A program made the position numbers and the translations under genes. This document shows positions 25,360-32,000 of a DNA stretch of 32,000 nucleotides, one piece after another. The notes under the pieces were generated by a model. That model was not told where the DNA came from, did not search any database, and saw only the letters and a list, made by a program, of their open reading frames with translations. The DNA comes from an uncultured bacterium (GTDB lineage Bacteria > Margulisbacteria > WOR-1 > CAVSGV01): the NCBI GenBank assembly GCA_963699255.1, contig OY969425.1:1320001-1352000 (forward strand). Direction: 5' to 3'. How positions within the stretch are numbered: the stretch's first letter is position 1; each line of letters starts with the position of its first letter.

Positions 25360-25971
25360 ATGAAATTTTTTGATCGACATAACGATATTACAAATAGAGA
25401 AGTCAAGTCAAAACCCGTCAGATTAGATCTGGAGCAGAAAACTATGTCTGTATCCCCGGTAAAAAGCTGTGTAATTTTGAATGGCAGCCTTAATAAGGCT
25501 GCATTGAAGCATCTTCCAAGGGATGAAGTGAAAATGCCGCGATTATTGGATCCCTCGGTAGTATATTTGGTCCAGGTCGGATTGAGGGCGCAGAGGATGC
25601 TAAACCTTGATCATGGAGCCAAAAACAACTACCTTCTATCGGAAGTGATCCCCAGGGTTCAAGAATACCAAACGAAACAGCAGAATTTAAGGAAACATTC
25701 TTCTTTAAAAAAGGCCAAAATAATAAACGGCTTCATTACTTGTTTTGGAGGAACTGTCGGCAGCGTGTGTTCAGGTGTGGTCCTTTTTATTAATGAAAAT
25801 ATGCCATGGACAAAGACATTGCTGACGACACTTGCGATCAAAGGGATTATCGTGCTTTCATACGGGCTTATTTCTAATTATTTTTTACATAACGCAAGTA
25901 AGTTTTATAATCACCTGGCTGAGCTCAATCAAGTGACCGGGGTTTCCAGGCAAGCTATTTTGAAACCTTAA
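25360..25971 (+). CDS. Hypothetical protein with two hydrophobic segments (203 aa)
   Basis: Isolated plus-strand ORF; IINGFITCFGGTVGSVCSGVVLFI and TLAIKGIIVLSYGLISNYFL look membrane-embedded. Confidence 0.6.
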   Translation: MKFFDRHNDITNREVKSKPVRLDLEQKTMSVSPVKSCVILNGSLNKAALKHLPRDEVKMPRLLDPSVVYLVQVGLRAQRMLNLDHGAKNNYLLSEVIPRVQEYQTKQQNLRKHSSLKKAKIINGFITCFGGTVGSVCSGVVLFINENMPWTKTLLTTLAIKGIIVLSYGLISNYFLHNASKFYNHLAELNQVTGVSRQAILKP

Positions 25972-26800
25972 GGTTGATATCAAGCGCGGGAGCTGAATGC
26001 GTAAGGGCACCGATCGATATATAGTCAACGCCTGCTTCGGCGACTTTTCGTATGTTTTTCAGAGTGATACCGCCCGAAACTTCGATCTCGATCTTGCGTT
26101 TGGATCTTCTGATTAGCTTGATAGCTTTCTTCATCGTTGCGATGCTCATGTTATCAAGCAGTATCCTGGAAACTCCTGATGCGATCGCTTCTTTTACCTG
26201 GCCGAGAGTGCTTGCTTCAACTTCAATTTTATTGAGCTTTTTCTTCGCCGCTCTTACAGCTTGCTTTAGGCCGCCGGCGACCGAAATGTGATTGTCCTTG
26301 ATAAGGACCTCGTCAAAGAGCCCCATTCGGTGGTTACATCCGCCGCCTATTTTTACAGCGTACTTTTCGAGAACGCGAAGCCCGGGAGTGGTTTTCCTGG
26401 TATCCAGTATCATTATCCCTTTGCCCGCGGCCTTTACGAATTTGCTTGTGATCGTGGCTATTCCCGAGAGTCTCTGCAAAAAATTAAGGGCCGTTCTCTC
26501 CGCCGTCAATATCCCCCTTGCCGGCCCGCTGACGATCGCCGCAACAGCCCCCTTTTTAAGGGTTTTTCCGTCATTGACCTTTTCAGAGAATTTAATTTTT
26601 TTATCGACGGATTGAAAGACCAGCCGCGCGACCGGCAGCCCGCAGATCATTCCGTCCTCTTTAACGATGATCTTCGCGGATGTTTTTGCGTCCTCGGGAA
26701 TTATTGAATTCGTGGTGATGTCTCCCTTACCTATGTCTTCCCTTAGGGCGAGTATCACCGAATCTAAGACCAGGATCCTTATTTCTTTAGTGTCTTTCAT
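25955..26800 (-). CDS. nadC: Nicotinate-nucleotide pyrophosphorylase (carboxylating)
   Basis: ALREDIGKGDITTNSIIPED, RTALNFLQRLSGIAT, ILDTRKTTPGLRVLEKYAVKIGGGCNHRMGLFDEVLIKDNH. Confidence 0.97.
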   Translation of the reverse strand: MKDTKEIRILVLDSVILALREDIGKGDITTNSIIPEDAKTSAKIIVKEDGMICGLPVARLVFQSVDKKIKFSEKVNDGKTLKKGAVAAIVSGPARGILTAERTALNFLQRLSGIATITSKFVKAAGKGIMILDTRKTTPGLRVLEKYAVKIGGGCNHRMGLFDEVLIKDNHISVAGGLKQAVRAAKKKLNKIEVEASTLGQVKEAIASGVSRILLDNMSIATMKKAIKLIRRSKRKIEIEVSGGITLKNIRKVAEAGVDYISIGALTHSAPALDINLKVSK

Positions 26801-27600
26801 GGAACGAACCAGGAAATGTAATAGTACATTATGGGGGCGGCCAAGATAAAGCTGTCCATCCTGTCAAGAAATCCGCCGTGGCCGGGTATCATGTTGCTGG
26901 AATCTTTCACCCCAGCGTCCCTCTTTATAAGGGATTCGACAAGGTCGCTTATCTGTCCGACGATCCCTATGACTATCCCGAGTATTACGCCGTGCATCAT
27001 GCTCATGCTTATCAACCTGCTGAATACCGCGGCAGCGATCACGCTGACTATAAGCCCTGAGACCGCCCCTTCAACGGTTTTTCTGGGGCTTATGTAAGGG
27101 CTTAGCTTTACCCGTCCCAGAAATGTTCCGACCAGATATGCTGTCGTATCACAAGCCCATATGGCTATAATGAGAAAGAAAAGATATGCTCCGTGGGGAG
27201 TAAGTTCCCTTATGAGTATCAGGTAGCTGAACATCCATCCTATGTAGAGTATCCCCAGAAGCGTTATCGACGCGTTGACGGTGGAGTCCTGCGCCTTTTT
27301 CAGGAAGATGCCCGCGGAGAACGTGATGATTATGGCAGTAGTGAGTATTCCTGTGGCATACGGCTCCCAGTGAGGATGTTTTAAGGTATAAGTCGTGAAC
27401 CATGTGAAGAAAACCGTTACTATTACGCCGACCGCATAGGAAGGTGAATAGCCTTTGCGGTTCATGAGGTAGTAGAATTCATTAAGGCAGAATACTGCAA
27501 GGGCGGTAACCAGAATAAAAAAACTCCAGCCGCCGAAATACGTACATGCGACTATTATCGGGACGGCAACTAAAATGGTTAATATTCTTGCGAGCATCAA
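26797..27600 (-). CDS. cdsA: Phosphatidate cytidylyltransferase
   Basis: Multi-TM protein with C-terminal CdsA signature SLIKRDAGVKDSSNMIPGHGGFLDRMDSFILAAP. Confidence 0.95.
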   Translation of the reverse strand: MMLARILTILVAVPIIVACTYFGGWSFFILVTALAVFCLNEFYYLMNRKGYSPSYAVGVIVTVFFTWFTTYTLKHPHWEPYATGILTTAIIITFSAGIFLKKAQDSTVNASITLLGILYIGWMFSYLILIRELTPHGAYLFFLIIAIWACDTTAYLVGTFLGRVKLSPYISPRKTVEGAVSGLIVSVIAAAVFSRLISMSMMHGVILGIVIGIVGQISDLVESLIKRDAGVKDSSNMIPGHGGFLDRMDSFILAAPIMYYYISWFVP

Positions 27601-28346
27601 AGCCCCCCGAATTTCCTGACCCTACCGCTGTAATCGTTTATCGCTTCGAGCAAGTGCTTCTTCCTGAAATCGGGCCATAGCACGTCGGTAACCCATATCT
27701 CCGCATAAGCGATCTGCCAGAGCATGAAATTGCTTACTCGCATCTCGCCCGCGGTCCTTATCAGCAGATCCGGATCCGGCATATCCGCGGTATATAAGGA
27801 CCGTGAAATGATCTCTTCATTGATTCTATCACTTTTTATGTGACTTTTAACTATTGATTTAAGGGCATCGGTGATCTCCGCCCTGCCGCCGTAGCTCAGC
27901 ATTATGCTAAGGTTCAACCTGTCGTTGTCCCTGGTCTTTTCCTCGGCGGATCTTATTTTTTTCCGGAGGTTTTCGGGTAGCATTGATATCCTTCCGAAAA
28001 ACCGCATCTTTATCCCGTTCCTGTTAAGTTCGTCGATTTCCCGGTCAATGGTCGACGAGAGGATGTTCATCAGGAAACTCACTTCCTCCTTCGGCCTCTT
28101 CCAGTTCTCCGTTGAGAAAGCGTAAACGGTCAGGTACTTTATCCCGAACTCCACACATGCCTTTACTGTTTCCTTAAGAGATATCGCTCCGTTCCTGTGG
28201 CCTTCTATCCTCGGAAGTCCCCGTTTCCTCGCCCATCTTCCGTTCCCGTCCATGATAATAGCTATATGATTCGGCTTGTTTTGTGGTCTTGTGCTTTGGG
28301 TTTGGGTATTATTTCGGATTTCGGATTTCGGATTTCGGATTTGCAT
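27597..28346 (-). CDS. uppS: Isoprenyl (undecaprenyl) diphosphate synthase
   Basis: HIAIIMDGNGRWARKRGLPRIEGHRNGA..., YAFSTENWKRP, DLLIRTAGEMRVSNFMLWQIAYAE. Confidence 0.95.
   Translation of the reverse strand: MQIRNPKSEIRNNTQTQSTRPQNKPNHIAIIMDGNGRWARKRGLPRIEGHRNGAISLKETVKACVEFGIKYLTVYAFSTENWKRPKEEVSFLMNILSSTIDREIDELNRNGIKMRFFGRISMLPENLRKKIRSAEEKTRDNDRLNLSIMLSYGGRAEITDALKSIVKSHIKSDRINEEIISRSLYTADMPDPDLLIRTAGEMRVSNFMLWQIAYAEIWVTDVLWPDFRKKHLLEAINDYSGRVRKFGGL
28313..28340. repeat. Four tandem copies of the heptamer TTCGGAT
   Basis: Direct reading: ttcggatttcggatttcggatttcggat, immediately downstream of the uppS start codon (minus strand). Confidence 0.95.
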
Positions 28347-28906
28347 CAGATGGACATGATTTCCGATTCTTTTGCAGCTAAAAGTTTATCGATCTCGGCA
28401 ATATATTTGTTTGTCAGGGCCTGTATCGCTTCCTCCTCGTTTTTCTTTTTGTCTTCGGACCATTTTTCGGAGTCGGACTTCGTCTTGATCTCCGTGATAA
28501 AATCCTTCCTTATGTTCCTGATGGATATTTTCGAATTCTCCGCTTCTTTTTTTACGGTTTTTACCAGGTCGTTGCGTCTCTCCTGGGTTGGCTGGGGCAT
28601 ATTCAGCCTTATTACGCCGCCTTCCGATACGGGAGGAAGCCCGAGGTCGGATTTTTGGATCGCCTTCTCTATTTCCTTTATGGAGTTCTTGTCATAAGGC
28701 TGGACGACCAGTAGTCTCGGCTCCGGGACAGAGATGTTGGCAAGCTGCTTCAGGGGCACAGTGGTACCGTAGTAATCAACGTTCACGTGATCGAGCAGCG
28801 AAGGCGACGCCCTGCCGGTCCTTATAGAGGCGAAGTCCCTCTTAAGTGACTCGATCGTTTTTTTCATTTTTTCTTCGGCAGATCTGGTGATCTCGTCCAT
28901 GTTCAA
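28346..28906 (-). CDS. frr: Ribosome recycling factor
   Basis: [44 protein letters not shown]...; [27 protein letters not shown]. Confidence 0.97.
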   Translation of the reverse strand: MNMDEITRSAEEKMKKTIESLKRDFASIRTGRASPSLLDHVNVDYYGTTVPLKQLANISVPEPRLLVVQPYDKNSIKEIEKAIQKSDLGLPPVSEGGVIRLNMPQPTQERRNDLVKTVKKEAENSKISIRNIRKDFITEIKTKSDSEKWSEDKKKNEEEAIQALTNKYIAEIDKLLAAKESEIMSI

Positions 28907-29619
28907 TCCTTTGTGATCGTTGTGCCTACGGGTTTGCCCAGAACGACCTTTTCGATATTGCCGTGCCTGGTAACATCGAAAACGACTATCGGGATATCAT
29001 TGTCCATGCAAAGCGACGCCGCTGTGGTATCCATTACCTTCAGCCTCCTGTTCAGCACATCCATATAGGTCAGTGTTTTGAATTTTTTCGCGTTAGGATA
29101 GCGCATCGGATCTTTATCGTAAACGCCGTCAACCTTTGTGGCCTTCAGGATGACATCCGCGTCAAGCTCCGCCGCCCTGAGGGACGCCGCCGTATCGGTA
29201 GTGAAATAAGGGTTCCCCGTCCCTGCGGCGAGTATCACAACGCGTCCTTTTTGCATATGACGCATGGCGCGCCGCCTGATAAAAGGTTCGGCGATCGATT
29301 TCATTTCTATCGCGGTCTGAACGCGGCTGTCCACGCCTTTCTTCTCAAGCGCGTCCTGAAGCGCAAGCGCGTTGATTACCGTGGCAAGCATTCCCATGTA
29401 GTCGCCGGTCGCCCTGTCCATTCCCCTGGCGCTTCCGGCGATACCTCTGAATATGTTGCCTCCGCCTGCCACAATGGCGACATCGATCTTGTATCTTTTT
29501 ATTGTTTTTATTTCCTCGGCGATAACATCCATGACCTGCGGATCGATCCCGTATTTTTGGGTTCCCCCGAAGACTTCGCCGGAGAGTTTGAGGAGGATTC
29601 TCTGGTACTTAACTTTCAT
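28903..29619 (-). CDS. pyrH: Uridylate kinase
   Basis: [84 protein letters not shown]. Confidence 0.97.
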   Translation of the reverse strand: MKVKYQRILLKLSGEVFGGTQKYGIDPQVMDVIAEEIKTIKRYKIDVAIVAGGGNIFRGIAGSARGMDRATGDYMGMLATVINALALQDALEKKGVDSRVQTAIEMKSIAEPFIRRRAMRHMQKGRVVILAAGTGNPYFTTDTAASLRAAELDADVILKATKVDGVYDKDPMRYPNAKKFKTLTYMDVLNRRLKVMDTTAASLCMDNDIPIVVFDVTRHGNIEKVVLGKPVGTTITKD

Positions 29620-29666
29620 CGCCGGGAATTATACTACTTGCCCCGTAGAGATGCAATGTAAAATAA

Positions 29667-29825
29667 GAAGAGCTAGGAGAGCTAGAGGTTGAGAAGAGAA
29701 GATGTATAGAGGTTCGGAGGTTTGCAGGATAAAGAAAATCAATTGCGGAACATATAAAACATCTCAACCTCTCGACATCTTAACCTCTTCCCTTCTTTCG
29801 CTTCTAGCTCGTCTAGCTCCTCTTT
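29667..29825. repeat. Imperfect long inverted repeat with internal ~8-bp degenerate periodicity
   Basis: Left arm gaagagctaggagagctagaggttgagaag; right arm read on minus strand gaggagctagacgagctagaagcg...aagaggttaagatgtcgagaggttgagatgt. Confidence 0.6.
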
Positions 29826-30934
29826 TCGCCGATAAATTCGACGATCTTTCTCGCTGCTTTCTCCGTGGCGCCAGCGCTTCCCAAGAGCGAACGAACTTCC
29901 GCGTACCCGGCTCTCGCCTTTTGCGGGTCGGCCAGGATCCTGACCGCTTCATTATATATGTTGTCGGCATTCGCCTGCCCCATGACATACTCAGGAACGA
30001 CCATCCTGCCAGCCAGGATATTTGGCATGCTGTAATGATCGAGCTTAATTCCCAAAAGGTATCTGCCTATATAATATGTAACCGGGGAGAGCTTATAGAA
30101 CATGATAACCGGCGTGTTGAGACAGACACATTCCAATATGATCGTTCCTGACTTGGCTATGACGAGGTCTGAATTGGCCAGGACATCATGGTTGTAACCT
30201 TCGATCACCTTGATGTTCAAGGATGTTTTTGCAAGCTTATCCTCGATCTCGTTCTTGAACTTAGAGTACGAGATCGGAAGGATGAACTGGGCTCCTTTTA
30301 TCCTGCCGGCCACATCGAGAAGGATGGGAAGCAGGTTCTTTATTTCGTGATGCCTGCTGCCGGGACACAGAGCGATTATTTTTTCTTGAGGATCAAGACT
30401 GAATTTCCGGCAGAGATCCTGCCTGCTCATATCCGATCTTACGATATCAAGCAGCGGGTGGCCGAAATAAACAGAGTTGCCCCCATTCGCCTTGAAAAGC
30501 TCGTGCTCTTTCTTAAATATTGAAATGATCAGGTCGATTGTCCCCGCTACCCTGCGTATGCCTTTTTTCGTTCCCCAGAGCCACTCCTGCGGAGCGATGT
30601 AATATATCGTTTTTATGCCATGTTTCTTTGCGAACGCCGCGAGCGGCATGTTAAAGCCCTGCGCATCCACCAGGATCAAAGCGTCCGGCTTTTCGCTGAT
30701 TAGCATGTTCTTCATTGACTTGAGGGTGGATAGCTGGAAAGGGAGGTATTTAATGGCTTCAACAATGCCGATGGAACTTTTTTCGGTGATATCTATCCTT
30801 ATGTCAACGCCTGCGGAGCGCATCTTCTCGCCGCCCATGCCGAACAGGTCGCAGCCTTTCAGCTCCCTGGCCAGGAAGCTCGCGAGGAGGTCCGCTGATA
30901 CCTCAGCCGCGGACATCATTATCTTGGGTCGCAT
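29813..30934 (-). CDS. lpxB: Lipid-A-disaccharide synthase
   Basis: MMSAAEVSADLLASFLARELK, MGGEKMRSAGVDI, LCPGSRHHEIKNLLPILLDVA, SGTIILECVCLNTPVIMFYK. Confidence 0.95.
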   Translation of the reverse strand: MRPKIMMSAAEVSADLLASFLARELKGCDLFGMGGEKMRSAGVDIRIDITEKSSIGIVEAIKYLPFQLSTLKSMKNMLISEKPDALILVDAQGFNMPLAAFAKKHGIKTIYYIAPQEWLWGTKKGIRRVAGTIDLIISIFKKEHELFKANGGNSVYFGHPLLDIVRSDMSRQDLCRKFSLDPQEKIIALCPGSRHHEIKNLLPILLDVAGRIKGAQFILPISYSKFKNEIEDKLAKTSLNIKVIEGYNHDVLANSDLVIAKSGTIILECVCLNTPVIMFYKLSPVTYYIGRYLLGIKLDHYSMPNILAGRMVVPEYVMGQANADNIYNEAVRILADPQKARAGYAEVRSLLGSAGATEKAARKIVEFIGEKRS

Positions 30935-30936
30935 GT

Positions 30937-32000
30937 CTAGATCCCGATTTCGGGTATTTCCGGGAACAGCAGTTCTTTTTCTATCTCCGTCTCCTCAATG
31001 ATCGCCCCAGAGCCTTCCCGCTTCTTGCTTATCCCTCTTACGCTATCCGCCTCAAGGAAGTTTACCAGCTGTTCAACTTCATCAAGCATCTTTACTTTCT
31101 TTCTTATTTCATCAACAGCGTTCTTTATGTTCACCCTGGACATATAAAGCATCTTAAAGCATTTTTTTATTTCGGCCTGAGCTTCATCGGATATTCCGCG
31201 CCTCTGCATCCCTATCAGATTCAGGCCCCTCACATATCCCGGGTTCCCGTCGAAAAGCATGAAAGGCGGAATGTCCTGGACCACCTTTGAAGAAGACCCT
31301 ATCATCGCGAGGCGGCCTAATCTCGTCCCCTGATGAATTCCCACGAGTCCCCCTATGACCACCTGGTCTTCAACGACGGTATGTCCGCCGAGTCCCACAT
31401 ATCCGCCTATTATCGCCTGGTTCCCGACCCTGCAGTTGTGCGGAATGTGGGCGTAAACCATTATGAAGTTCTCGTTCCCTATTACAGTTTGCTTGCCTTC
31501 GCCTGAAGGCAGGTGTATCGTAACAAATTCCCTTATAATGTTCTTGTTGCCGATGATGATCTCGTTCCTTTCGCCTTTATATTTGTAATCCTGGGGCGGA
31601 AGACCTATCGAAACATTATGATTGATGATATTGTCGGATCCGACGGTCGTCCATTTTCTGATTATTGTATGCGATCCTATCTTGGTATTATCGCCGATCT
31701 TCACGTCAGGCCCTATGACCACATAAGGCCCTATATCCACCTTTTTTCCGAACTGGACGGAAGGATGGACCGAAGCTGTAGGGTGGATCTTGGGTTCGTC
31801 ACTTAACCTGTCGTTCAATGAAAAGAGTATTTCACCTTCCGCTGCAATATCACCGTCAACTTTTGCTACGCATTTAAGCTTGCCTATCGTGCCTTTCATC
31901 TTCATCGCCTCTACCTCTATCCTGAGCTGGTCGCCGGGCACAACGGGTTTCCTGAAGCGCACCTGATCTATTCCCGCGAAATAGACAAGTTTCCCTTCGT
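30937..32000 (-). CDS. lpxA: FabZ-type (3R)-hydroxyacyl-ACP dehydratase domain fused to UDP-GlcNAc acyltransferase LpxA (5' end beyond window)
   Basis: Reading frame is open to the right edge: [65 protein letters not shown] (FabZ C-terminus), then [28 protein letters not shown]... left-handed beta helix. The track start at 31962 is an internal GTG. Confidence 0.9.
   Translation of the reverse strand, partial: EGKLVYFAGIDQVRFRKPVVPGDQLRIEVEAMKMKGTIGKLKCVAKVDGDIAAEGEILFSLNDRLSDEPKIHPTASVHPSVQFGKKVDIGPYVVIGPDVKIGDNTKIGSHTIIRKWTTVGSDNIINHNVSIGLPPQDYKYKGERNEIIIGNKNIIREFVTIHLPSGEGKQTVIGNENFIMVYAHIPHNCRVGNQAIIGGYVGLGGHTVVEDQVVIGGLVGIHQGTRLGRLAMIGSSSKVVQDIPPFMLFDGNPGYVRGLNLIGMQRRGISDEAQAEIKKCFKMLYMSRVNIKNAVDEIRKKVKMLDEVEQLVNFLEADSVRGISKKREGSGAIIEETEIEKELLFPEIPEIGI

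Noticed and set aside
26288-26707. 139-aa plus-strand ORF
   Set aside because: Antisense to nadC.
31513-31806. Plus-strand ORF antisense to lpxA
   Set aside because: Shadow ORF of the repetitive beta-helix coding region.

Overview
The window looks like a chromosomal segment from an uncultured diderm bacterium. Gene content resembles Omnitrophota-type genomes, but that is an inference. Most genes are on the minus strand. Left block: a GPH-family MFS transporter running off the left edge, an ATP-cone-less class III nrdD, ribD, rpe, a PASTA protein, a kinase-like protein with degenerate catalytic motifs, and two small hypotheticals. A plus-strand block follows: two small hypotheticals, aroE, a lone GspE/PilB-like ATPase and plsC. 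Then comes a three-gene accessory array (10731..13709) in which shared N-terminal modules (EF-hand/dockerin-like loops, 'QKYPLTxxDK' module) are joined to different C-terminal repeat domains (alpha-solenoid or ribonuclease-inhibitor-type LRR). Next are radA, a clpC split by an apparent +1 nt frameshift, and a tightly coupled operon of two SLH-domain envelope proteins (one a barrel/coiled-coil/SLH protein), an Ig-like secreted protein and a multi-domain histidine kinase. The right part holds ychF, nadC, cdsA, uppS, frr, pyrH, lpxB and a FabZ-LpxA fusion running off the right edge. Non-coding features worth attention are two ~92-94 bp TIR-bearing hairpin elements (one overlapping the end of ribD), a 7-bp tandem repeat inside the uppS start, a ~160 bp imperfect inverted repeat between pyrH and lpxB, and an AT-rich element shared upstream of three small plus-strand ORFs. 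No tRNA, rRNA or CRISPR array was recognised. I did not find a convincing complete novel defence-type system; the best candidate for something undescribed is the modular array at 10731..13709.
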